A DNA stretch of 64,000 bases from an uncultured Verrucomicrobiae bacterium (GTDB taxonomy: Bacteria > Verrucomicrobiota > Verrucomicrobiia > Limisphaerales > Palsa-1400). The position numbers and the translations under genes were made by a program. The notes below the pieces were generated by a model. That model was given only the letters and a program-made list of their open reading frames with translations. It had not been told where the DNA came from and did no database searches. Location: positions 1,248,001 through 1,312,000 of the forward strand of contig CAVXRD010000002.1 of assembly GCA_963764165.1 (NCBI GenBank), written 5' to 3'. Positions 37,245 to 46,254 of the stretch are shown piece after piece. The stretch's first letter is position 1. Each line of letters starts with the position of its first letter.

Positions 37245-38834
37245 ATGACCCCACAGCAACCGGGCAATCCTTCGGCGGATCCGAAAAACAATCTGTCTGA
37301 CACCGTCATCCGGCGGTGGCTGCTGGCGGCGGTGGCCGCGGGACTCGTTTGGCGCGTGGCGCGGATGGCGCTTCATTTCGAAATCACCGGCGACGAAGCT
37401 GGCATCCTGCGCAGCGTCATGGAGCGAAGCTATTCGCAATTGCTGGCGCCGCTCAGTTATTTCAACGTCTCGCCGCCCATGTTTCTGTGGATGACGAAAT
37501 TGGCCGACTCGGTTTTTCACAGCGATTGGGCCTCGCGGTGCATGCCGTTTCTCGCCGGAATTGCGGCGCTGGCGCTGTTCGGTTTGATGTGCCGCAAAGT
37601 GCTGACCGGAAATGGAGTCTGGATGGCGTGGGCGATCTTTAGCGTGGCCTACGTGCCAGTCGTCGAAGGTACTCGCGCGAAGGGATATACGATCGATCTG
37701 CTCGTCGCGATGCTGATGCTCTGGTGGATGCTGCGGTGGCTGCTGGACGGAACGAATGCGCGGTTTCTGGTCATCCTGTGCGCCGCCGCTCCGGTGTTTA
37801 TCTGGCTGTCCTATACCTCTGTGTTTGTCATCGGCGCGATTGGATTTGTTTTTCTTGTCTGGCTGGCCAAGCCGCAGTGGGTGGCACCCGTCAAAGTCGG
37901 CGGCAATGCCGTTCGCGATTGGCGGAATGTGACGGCGGGGTTGCTCTTCCTCGGGTTGTCCGCCGCCAGCGCAATTCTGCTTTTCAAAATAAACGTTCAC
38001 CCAGCACTTGCGGCAAGTGCCGAGAATGGATTGTCGGACGGTTGGAAGCGTGGCTACCCGCCGGACCGACTCTGGCAAATCCCTCAATGGCTGCTGGCGT
38101 CTCATACTGGGCGCGGCTTCGCCTGGCCGGTGGGAGAAAATCATTACGGCTCGGCTTTCACTTTCATCTTGTGGCTGGCAGGGCTGGCGTTTTACTGGCG
38201 CTCGGGGAACCGGTGGGTTTGGGCGCTGTTTCTGGCGCCTCAAGCGTTGTCGTTGTTCGCCGGCATTCTGCACAAGTATCCTTACCTTCAGAATCCTCGC
38301 ATCTGCATGTTCCTGGGGCCGGGCATTTGCATTTTCGCTGGGCATGGGGCGCAGCATCTGATTGATTTGCTGAGTCAAGTGAAACGGCAAACCACTTATC
38401 TGCTCGCGTCCATCGCCCTGATGGCCTGCGCGATTGGGGGATTGGCGCGCGACGGGGTCTTGCGATGGCGCGAAATAAAAGCGCATGGGATGCGGAGCAC
38501 GCTGTCGGAGGCAAGCCGCCGGGCGGGCGCGGAAACTCCGTTTGTGATGTTGAACGATGAGAACGCCTCAGGCGTGTTTGAATATTATCTTCACCACGTC
38601 GTTGAACAGCCGCTCCGAAGCGCAGACAAGCTGGCGGGAGACATTCCTCCCCATGGAAAAATGGCCCTCGTTGCGATTGGAGTGAAACCCGAGCCCGGGC
38701 ATGACGAGGCGCTTTTGGCCGACTTCGAACGACGCTGCGGAAGGCCGGTCAAAATCGCGTGGTCGCAAAAGGGTTCACAAGTCCTGATCGGCGGAAGCGA
38801 TACCATTTCCGTATGGCTGTGCGATTTCAATTAA
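37245..38834 (+). CDS. GT-C (family 39/ArnT-like) membrane glycosyltransferase
   Basis: DE motif after the first TM, PPMF, KGY, YP..R, many TMs. Confidence 0.75.
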   Translation: MTPQQPGNPSADPKNNLSDTVIRRWLLAAVAAGLVWRVARMALHFEITGDEAGILRSVMERSYSQLLAPLSYFNVSPPMFLWMTKLADSVFHSDWASRCMPFLAGIAALALFGLMCRKVLTGNGVWMAWAIFSVAYVPVVEGTRAKGYTIDLLVAMLMLWWMLRWLLDGTNARFLVILCAAAPVFIWLSYTSVFVIGAIGFVFLVWLAKPQWVAPVKVGGNAVRDWRNVTAGLLFLGLSAASAILLFKINVHPALAASAENGLSDGWKRGYPPDRLWQIPQWLLASHTGRGFAWPVGENHYGSAFTFILWLAGLAFYWRSGNRWVWALFLAPQALSLFAGILHKYPYLQNPRICMFLGPGICIFAGHGAQHLIDLLSQVKRQTTYLLASIALMACAIGGLARDGVLRWREIKAHGMRSTLSEASRRAGAETPFVMLNDENASGVFEYYLHHVVEQPLRSADKLAGDIPPHGKMALVAIGVKPEPGHDEALLADFERRCGRPVKIAWSQKGSQVLIGGSDTISVWLCDFN

Positions 38835-38871
38835 ACACGATCCGCATGATAATTGCCCCGAATCACACTCG

Positions 38872-40131
38872 ATGAACGTTCCCCTTCTTCAAAAAATTGA
38901 CAGATACGCGGGAGTGCCGATTTGCTTTTGCTTGACCGCACTGCGGCGGATTTTCGATTGGCGCACAACACCGGGTTCGTCCCCGGCCCGGAAAATTCTC
39001 TTCGTCAAGCTGGCCGAGCAAGGATCGACGGTCCTGGCCATTCCCGCGCTTCGCCAGGCGGTGCGCGCTGTCGGCAAGGAAAATGTCTATTTCGTGGCTT
39101 TCCAGGAAAACCGATTCATCCTGGATCTTCTCGAGCTTATTCCCAAAGAAAACGTCATCGCGATTCGCACCGACGGATTTTTTCGCATGGGACTCGGGAC
39201 GCTTAAAGCGTTTTTGCGCATGAACAGATTGAAGCTGGACTCCGCCATCGACATGGAGTTTTTCTCGCGCGGCTCCGCCATCGTGACTTACTTGAGCGGA
39301 GCGAAAGCGCGGGTGGGATTCCATGCGTTTTACGGCGGCGGGCCTTACCGTGGCAATTTGATGACACACCGCGTGCCTTATAATTCGCGACTCCACACGA
39401 CGACGACGTTTCAAATTCTCGTGGAAGCTCTCAACCACGATCCCGAAGACTTTCCCGTGCTCAATTTCCCGACGCCGCCATCGACTTTTGACGTCCCCAC
39501 CTTCGCGCCAAAAGCCGCCGAAATCGCGTCCGTGAAGGCCATGCTCCCTGCCAACAATGGCGAGCGGCTGTCTCTCGTCCTGCTGAATCCCAACGCCAGC
39601 GATTTGCTGCCGCTGCGCCAATGGCCGAGGGAAAGATACGTCGAGCTGGCAAACTTGGTTCTCGCCGAATTGCCGGACGTCCACGTCGTTTTTACCGGCG
39701 GGCCGAATGAGGCGGACGAAATCGAGGCGTTGACGCGCCAGGTTCGCAGCGACCGTTGCCTTTGCCTAGCGGGAAAAACCACGCTCCGCCAATTGATGGT
39801 GTTGTACACGCTGTCAGAAATTCTCGTCACCAACGACAGCGGCCCAGCCCACTTCGCGAGCCTGACTCCGATTCACGTGATCACGTTATTCGGGCCGGAA
39901 ACTCCCGCGTTGTTCTCCGCGCCGCCGCCGCGAAACTTGGCGTTGTGGGCCGGGCTTCCGTGCAGCCCGTGTGTGAACGCCTTCAACAACCGCCAATCCA
40001 CCTGCCGCGACAACCAGTGCATGAAATCCATTTCCGTCCGGCAGGTTATGGGGGAGGTTGTACGCATTTACTCGGAGAGGAAATCAGTTCAAATCAAAGT
40101 GCGCCGCGACTGTGCGCCAGCTTCTTTTTGA
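38872..40131 (+). CDS. glycosyltransferase family 9 (LPS heptosyltransferase-like)
   Basis: KLAEQGS, LAGKTTLRQL, TNDSGPAHFA, LFGP, CSPC..C..CM. Confidence 0.9.
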   Translation: MNVPLLQKIDRYAGVPICFCLTALRRIFDWRTTPGSSPARKILFVKLAEQGSTVLAIPALRQAVRAVGKENVYFVAFQENRFILDLLELIPKENVIAIRTDGFFRMGLGTLKAFLRMNRLKLDSAIDMEFFSRGSAIVTYLSGAKARVGFHAFYGGGPYRGNLMTHRVPYNSRLHTTTTFQILVEALNHDPEDFPVLNFPTPPSTFDVPTFAPKAAEIASVKAMLPANNGERLSLVLLNPNASDLLPLRQWPRERYVELANLVLAELPDVHVVFTGGPNEADEIEALTRQVRSDRCLCLAGKTTLRQLMVLYTLSEILVTNDSGPAHFASLTPIHVITLFGPETPALFSAPPPRNLALWAGLPCSPCVNAFNNRQSTCRDNQCMKSISVRQVMGEVVRIYSERKSVQIKVRRDCAPASF

Positions 40132-40216
40132 CTAACACCGGAATGCTGAAGCGACGGAGTGGCGGGAGCAGAACCAAAGCGCTTCCAATTTGGGGAAAAT
40201 GGGCTATTTTTCCATC

Positions 40217-40459
40217 GTGAAGCCTGTATTACAGACAGTGTCGATTGATCCGGAAAAGTTGAAGCCCGTGTTGCATGACAAGATCGAGCGCATGGATGGT
40301 TTGCATTTGTCCTTGCTGAACCGGGTTCTGTTGCAATTGGAGGCAGAAGAACTTGCTGGGCGCATTGGCGACGGGTTTGACAAAGATGGCGAAGAAGGCT
40401 TGCGGCGGCGCATTCCTGAGCTAGTGAAGGAATTTCGCGACGAACATCGTTACAAATGA
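40217..40459 (+). CDS. putative antitoxin
   Basis: Small acidic protein overlapping the PIN gene start (ATGA). Confidence 0.6.
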   Translation: MKPVLQTVSIDPEKLKPVLHDKIERMDGLHLSLLNRVLLQLEAEELAGRIGDGFDKDGEEGLRRRIPELVKEFRDEHRYK

Positions 40460-40881
40460 CGGTTTGTCTGGATACAAACGTCTTTCTACAAATGTTTGGC
40501 CGGAAACAGCCTTTCTATCCAATCCTGCGCGCCCTACTTAGCGGTCGATTGCACCTCGCGGTGTCAACTGAAATCCTGTTGGAATATGAGGAGGTAACGG
40601 TCAAACTGTCGGGCGTGGAACGCTGGCGCGATGTGGCGGCGTTCCTCGAATTGCTGACCCAACTTCACGGTAATATCCGGCAAGTTGAACCGAATTTCCG
40701 TTTCGGCGTGATTGGGGCTGATCCTGACGACAACAAATTTTGCGACTGCGCAATTGCGACCGAGGCCGATTTCATTATCACTGAAGACGGCCATTTTGAC
40801 GCTTTGAAGTCCGCTGGCTACAAACCGATACCCGTCACGCCCAGCGAGTTCATTCGACGCAATTTGCCTTCCGGGTCGTGA
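40456..40881 (+). CDS. PIN-domain putative toxin
   Basis: VCLDTNV, EYEEV, DPDDNKFCDCA, IITEDGHF. Confidence 0.9.
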   Translation: MTVCLDTNVFLQMFGRKQPFYPILRALLSGRLHLAVSTEILLEYEEVTVKLSGVERWRDVAAFLELLTQLHGNIRQVEPNFRFGVIGADPDDNKFCDCAIATEADFIITEDGHFDALKSAGYKPIPVTPSEFIRRNLPSGS

Positions 40882-40972
40882 GTGCGACTGCCGTCACCAT
40901 TGCGCGGTCAGAGTCGTGAACAAGATGCTTTGGGAACCGGTCACATTCTGGGACCGATCCACGCCTGCATAC

Positions 40973-43591
40973 TTACGCCCAAATTCCCTGCACGCCGGGA
41001 TGCACGGGGACGATGGGTTGCATCGGGCGGGGCGCTAATTTCCAGCCGGTGGCGGGCAGCGGCCACGGTGGCTTGGTGGGTTGCATGGCGTTCAGCAGGG
41101 ATTGCAAATAATCTCGGGCGCGCTGTTCAGTCTGGGCGTAGACGATCAGGTTTTTGTTCCGCAACGCCTCGGGCTGGGCGTTCCATGGCAGCCGCACCGC
41201 CCACGCTTTGCAGTCCGCCTCCAAGTCGTGAAGCATATAGAGGTGCTGCACGATGTTTTGAAAAATCTGGAACGTGCCCGCGCCATCCTTGCCCAGCGGG
41301 CGCTCCAGGTCCAACGCCTCGAACAAATGGCGGCGCGCTTCCTCCTTGTTTTTGCGCTCCAGTTCGATGCGTCCCAACCCCAGCCGCGCTTCTGGATAAT
41401 GTCCAACCCCCAGCACTTCCGAATAGAGAGCGGCGGCTTGATCGCGGCGGCGGGCCGTTTCGTTGAGCTGCGCCAATCGCAACAAGCGCTTTGCGGAATC
41501 TTCGGTCTGGCGGATATTTTCCGTGTGTTTGTCAGCCTCGTCAAAATTCCGCTTCAGCAAACTGGCTTGGGCGCGCAAGAAGCTGAGTTCGCCCGTCGTG
41601 TCCGTTTCGCCGTCGAAACGGGCGAGACTTTGGAATGCTTCGCGCGTGTATCCGTTCTCGACCAGCCGCGCGATCAGATACTTGAGGTGCTCCTTGGACT
41701 CGGGACGGACTTCACAAACGCGCCGGGCATTCATCAACGCGCTCTGCCGTTTTCCGCGATGATTCTGCACGATGGCAAGCAAGGCGAGCACGGTGGTTTG
41801 GCTGGAATCGAATTTCAGCACTCGCTCGAACATCGCCTCTGCGCGGATGGCATCACCTGTCAAGTAACCGGACCAGCCCGCGCTCCATGCCGTGGAAAAT
41901 GTGTTCAGCCCGGTTTGCCGTTGCGCGAAAAAGATGAGCTGATTCGATTCGGCCACCTGTCCGAATGCCGCGCAGGCCACCGCCGCCGCCAGCGCGCCAG
42001 GAACGGATTTTTTATCATGCTTCAAACACATCCGGGCGGCGACGTGCGCGCGGGCGAAGTCGCACGTCTCCAGCGCCTTGTAGCTCTCGGCAATCAAGAT
42101 TTCCATGCGGCGGGCGGATTTCCCCTCCTTGTTAACGCGGTCGGAAAGTTCGCGTTCGATTTCCTGCTGGCGGGCCTTGAATTCCTCCGGCGGAACCTTG
42201 GCGCGCGGACGCGTAAATTCTTCGTAAGTGGGAACCGGGAGCCGCACCTTGTCGCGATAGGCGCCGAGGCGGTTCGCTCCAAATCCGCCGGCAATGGCCA
42301 ATCCAGCCGCGGCAAAAGCCATTGCGACCTTGGCGCCGTGACGCGGCTGGCCAATCTCGATCATCGCGAACAGCGCCACGATGAATCCAGCCAGAATCAG
42401 CAGAAATCCCACGATCTGCAGTGGCCGCATGTGAATGTTCCGCCGGCTGCGTTTGGATAATTTCTCGAGACGGCGGCTGTCCCTTTCCTCCTGCTCGGCC
42501 ATGAGGCGTTGAATTTTTGCGATCAGCTTTCCCGCCATGTCATCCGGCTGGCGCAGGAGCCTCAAGCCGGGCGGCGAATCGGGCGGCAATGTGTTGTTGT
42601 CAGGAGGCAGGGCAAGAATTCGATCTTTGATGGAGGGATGCGTTGAATATTCGTTGAATCGAGCCGTTTCTGCATCCGGTCGAAATTGCGCGGTGCCGTG
42701 CGCAATCTCGCGCAGCAGCCAATCGCTGTAACCGCCAGCTTCCTGCATTTGCGCGACGCGCTCCGGCCACGGCAGCCGGGAGGTGATGTGCGTGAGCGCC
42801 TCCAATTTCGACAAAGCCGACTTCACAATGGTCGAACCACAGAGCTCTGCTGCGCCGTGGTCCGCCTCAAATTCGAGTTGACGTGTGTAGGCGGCGACGA
42901 ACCGGGTGCTCAGGCGCACCATGCGGCTGACCGGCCACATCAGCACGGGAGCGATGGTGACGTCTCTGTTCGCCCGCCGGTGAGCCTCAATGTTTCCCCA
43001 CAGCATCATGTCGAGCGTTCGCATCTGCCGCTGTCCGCTGGTCAGCCAGTTTTTGAATCCGCGCTTGATCAATTTCGCGTGCGCCATTTCATGCGCGAGA
43101 ACAGATTCGATTTCCGCGGCAGAAAGTCCCGCCATCAGATCATAGCCGATTCCCAATTTCGTCTTTCCGCCTCCCGCGCTCAGTCCGTGAAGGCGCACCC
43201 ACGCGTTGGTGCTCATTTCAAGGAACACTTCGCGCGGGATGCCGAGCTCCAATTGGCCGCAAAGGCGCGCAAGAATCGCGTGCAATTCCGGCGCGTCTTC
43301 AGGACTGAGCGCGACGCGCGAGTCGACTTCTTTTGCCGGGCGAAAAGAAAGGATGAGGGCTGTCAATAATTCGCCGTGCCGCCCGATGTAAGCCGCGACG
43401 AATCGGGCCAAACCAAAACGAGCGCCCACCAGCAGCATGAGAAACTCAAGGATCAACAGCGCGCACAAACCCAGCACGGCAGCGGCGGCGTAAAGATAAA
43501 ATGCCAGGGTCACCACCGCCGCTCCGAGGCCAGCCATGAACCTCGCGGCGGGGCTTAGCGGTTTCTCTGCTGATGTGTCGTTGGTTGGCAT
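40973..43591 (-). CDS. M48 family metalloprotease with TM segments and C-terminal TPRs
   Basis: VLAHEMAH, RQLEFEAD, STHPSIKDRI; TPR-rich C-terminal half. Confidence 0.88.
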   Translation of the reverse strand: MPTNDTSAEKPLSPAARFMAGLGAAVVTLAFYLYAAAAVLGLCALLILEFLMLLVGARFGLARFVAAYIGRHGELLTALILSFRPAKEVDSRVALSPEDAPELHAILARLCGQLELGIPREVFLEMSTNAWVRLHGLSAGGGKTKLGIGYDLMAGLSAAEIESVLAHEMAHAKLIKRGFKNWLTSGQRQMRTLDMMLWGNIEAHRRANRDVTIAPVLMWPVSRMVRLSTRFVAAYTRQLEFEADHGAAELCGSTIVKSALSKLEALTHITSRLPWPERVAQMQEAGGYSDWLLREIAHGTAQFRPDAETARFNEYSTHPSIKDRILALPPDNNTLPPDSPPGLRLLRQPDDMAGKLIAKIQRLMAEQEERDSRRLEKLSKRSRRNIHMRPLQIVGFLLILAGFIVALFAMIEIGQPRHGAKVAMAFAAAGLAIAGGFGANRLGAYRDKVRLPVPTYEEFTRPRAKVPPEEFKARQQEIERELSDRVNKEGKSARRMEILIAESYKALETCDFARAHVAARMCLKHDKKSVPGALAAAVACAAFGQVAESNQLIFFAQRQTGLNTFSTAWSAGWSGYLTGDAIRAEAMFERVLKFDSSQTTVLALLAIVQNHRGKRQSALMNARRVCEVRPESKEHLKYLIARLVENGYTREAFQSLARFDGETDTTGELSFLRAQASLLKRNFDEADKHTENIRQTEDSAKRLLRLAQLNETARRRDQAAALYSEVLGVGHYPEARLGLGRIELERKNKEEARRHLFEALDLERPLGKDGAGTFQIFQNIVQHLYMLHDLEADCKAWAVRLPWNAQPEALRNKNLIVYAQTEQRARDYLQSLLNAMQPTKPPWPLPATGWKLAPRPMQPIVPVHPGVQGIWA

Positions 43592-43597
43592 CGCGGT

Positions 43598-45301
43598 TCA
43601 GCTTGGCCGCCAGTCGAGCACTCTCAATTGCACGGTGCGGCGACCATTAAATTCGTTGACAGTCGGAGTGAAGGCGAGATCGAAACGCTCGCCGGGTAGC
43701 GGGGCGTTGCGGCAATTCCACCAGACGGCGTCCAAAACCAACTTTCCCGCCGCGACACGAAATTTCACATGTTGGCTTTCTTTGCCCATGCGCATTGGCG
43801 GGACGAAGTGCGTCACGCTGCGCAATGAGAATCGCACCATCGGATTGCCCTGGCCGACGGGCTCGAGGCGCGACAATTCCTCCACACGCTCGAGTGTCAA
43901 TTCGGACCACGCGATATCGGCATCGAGTTTAAGGCAGGGGCGGAGATGTTCTTCGCGCAACGCCGCGCGAGCCAGATCATTGAGGCGCTGGCGGAGCAGA
44001 TCAATTTTGTCGGCGTTCAAGCTCATCCCCGCCGCCATCGCGTGGCCGCCGTGGCGCAGCAGCAAGTCCGCGCATTCGCGCAGCGCGGCAGCCATGTCAA
44101 AACCTTCGATGCTCCGCGCCGAACCGCGCCAGCAAATGCCATCGCCGCCGAAGATCACCGTCGGCCGGTAAAATTCCTGCAACACGCGCGAGGCCACGAT
44201 GCCGACAACACCGATGTGCCAATCTTCCCTGCCCTCGACGATGACAAATTCCTTCGCCGGATCGAATCGCGGGCGAATTACTGCCGTTGCCTCGTCGCAG
44301 ATGCGGCGCTCGATTTCCTGGCGGCGGCGGTTGCGGTCGTCGAGCTGCCTGGCCAGCCATTCCGCTTCGACGGAATCGCGAGTCAATAACAGTTTGAGCG
44401 CATCGCAGGCATCTTCCAAGCGGCCGGCGGCGTTGAGGCGCGGGGCAAGCTGGAATGCGACTTCGTAACTTCCGGCAGGGCCACGCGTGAAAGCGGCCTC
44501 TTTCAACGCCATCAAGCCCGGACGATGCGTGGTGTTCAATCGCTCCAGTCCCGCGGTGACGAGAATGCGATTCTCGCCTGTCAACGGAACAAGATCGGCG
44601 ATGCTTCCGAGGGCCACGAGATCGAGTTGCGTGCGGATGTCATAGGCCGCGGCTTCGGCGTCGCCTTGGTCGCGAAGGCGCTTGAGGATGGCGTGAACGA
44701 GCTTGAAGGCGAGGCCAACCGAGCAGAGTTCGCGGAAATTCGCGCCGAGCTGCGGATTCACCAGCGCGACCGCCGCCGGGGCGGGCGACGACACTTGGTG
44801 GTGATCGAGCACCAATACATCGATGCCTTGCTCGCGCAGCCAAGCGATCACCTCGACAGCGGTTGAACCGCAATCAACGGCCAGCAGCAGGCGCACGGAA
44901 TGTTTTTGCAGGCAATGTTCGACGCCGTCGCGGCTCAACCCGTAACCCTCGTCCATCCGGTGCGGCAAATAACACTCCACCCGCCAGCCCAGCGCAGTCA
45001 GCGACTCCACCAGCAGCGCGGAGGAACTGACGCCATCGACATCGTAATCTCCGAAGACCACCAGCGGCTCGCCGCGGCTGCGCGCCGTTAGCAAACGATC
45101 CACGGCGGCGGCCATGTTCGGCAGGAGAAACGGGTCGGCCAGATTCTTCAATCGCGGTTCGAGAAATTGAGAGAGAATTTCCGGCTCGCCCAACTCGCGA
45201 TTGAGCAGGCATTGGGCGAGCAGGGGGGAGATTTGCAGCGCTTCGGCCAATTCCCGCGACCGCGCGTTCTGCTCCGGCGCCACCGTCCATGCATACTTCA
45301 T
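43598..45301 (-). CDS. recJ: ssDNA-specific exonuclease RecJ
   Basis: GDYDVDG, VDCG, LDHH, APRLNAAGR, GGHAMAAG. Confidence 0.97.
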   Translation of the reverse strand: MKYAWTVAPEQNARSRELAEALQISPLLAQCLLNRELGEPEILSQFLEPRLKNLADPFLLPNMAAAVDRLLTARSRGEPLVVFGDYDVDGVSSSALLVESLTALGWRVECYLPHRMDEGYGLSRDGVEHCLQKHSVRLLLAVDCGSTAVEVIAWLREQGIDVLVLDHHQVSSPAPAAVALVNPQLGANFRELCSVGLAFKLVHAILKRLRDQGDAEAAAYDIRTQLDLVALGSIADLVPLTGENRILVTAGLERLNTTHRPGLMALKEAAFTRGPAGSYEVAFQLAPRLNAAGRLEDACDALKLLLTRDSVEAEWLARQLDDRNRRRQEIERRICDEATAVIRPRFDPAKEFVIVEGREDWHIGVVGIVASRVLQEFYRPTVIFGGDGICWRGSARSIEGFDMAAALRECADLLLRHGGHAMAAGMSLNADKIDLLRQRLNDLARAALREEHLRPCLKLDADIAWSELTLERVEELSRLEPVGQGNPMVRFSLRSVTHFVPPMRMGKESQHVKFRVAAGKLVLDAVWWNCRNAPLPGERFDLAFTPTVNEFNGRRTVQLRVLDWRPS

Positions 45302-46245
45302 GACGCCGAATTTTGGCCCTTGTTGCGGCGCGCGTCCAACACGGAATAGAGAATCGCGGTGGCGACGATCAACGCGACCAAGCCCATCCAGACGACGGTC
45401 GGCCAGTGAATCCAATCCGAGGCCAGCATTTTCACACCAATCAAAATCAGCACCGCCGCCAGCCCCGCGCGCAAATAGCGAAACGAGCTCAACGCCCCTG
45501 TCAAAACGAAATACAAGGAGCGCAATCCGAGGACGGCAAACATATTCGAGGTGAACACGATGAAGGCGTCCTGCGTCACCGCGAAGACCGCCGGGACGGA
45601 ATCCACCGCGAAAATAATGTCCGCTGCCTCCACCGCGATCAGGACCAGAGCCAGCGGCGTCAGGGCAAATTTTCCTCCCGAGCGCATGATGAATTTGCCG
45701 CCCTCGAAGTTCGGCGTGATTGGAAATACCTTCCGGGCGAACTCAGCAATGCGATGCTTTTGCCCGGAGGCCGGAGATTGTTTGGAGAAAGCCCAGCGCG
45801 CTCCCGTGACGACCAGAAAAAGGCCCATGAGATAGAGCAGCCAGTGGAACGCTTGCAGCAAGACCGCGCCCGCCCCGATCATGACTCCGCGCATCACCAG
45901 CGCCCCGACGATGCCCCAGCCCAGCACCCAATGCTGATACTTCTCTTCCAGACGGAACGACGTGAAAATCACCGCGATGGCCAGAAGGTTGTCAAGAGAA
46001 AGAGAAAGCTCCACGAGGTAGCCGCCGAGGAATTGAAAGGACGCCTCCCGGCCCCGCCAGTGGGAAAGCGCCGAGCCAAATATCAGCGCGGCCAGAAACC
46101 AGACGCCGCTCCAGAGCAGCGCCTCGCGGGTTTTCATGGTGCGCGCGCCGCGATGGAAAACGCCAAGGTCAACCGCCACCGCCAGCAGGATGAAAATTAC
46201 GAATCCCGCCCAATACCAAGGCTGGATTGGGATTGGCGCCGCCAT
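45298..46245 (-). CDS. terC: TerC/Alx family membrane protein
   Basis: ELSLSLDN, DIIFAVDSVPAVFAVT, FTSNMFAVLGLRSLYF. Confidence 0.92.
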   Translation of the reverse strand: MAAPIPIQPWYWAGFVIFILLAVAVDLGVFHRGARTMKTREALLWSGVWFLAALIFGSALSHWRGREASFQFLGGYLVELSLSLDNLLAIAVIFTSFRLEEKYQHWVLGWGIVGALVMRGVMIGAGAVLLQAFHWLLYLMGLFLVVTGARWAFSKQSPASGQKHRIAEFARKVFPITPNFEGGKFIMRSGGKFALTPLALVLIAVEAADIIFAVDSVPAVFAVTQDAFIVFTSNMFAVLGLRSLYFVLTGALSSFRYLRAGLAAVLILIGVKMLASDWIHWPTVVWMGLVALIVATAILYSVLDARRNKGQNSAS

Positions 46246-46254
46246 GGACGCCGC

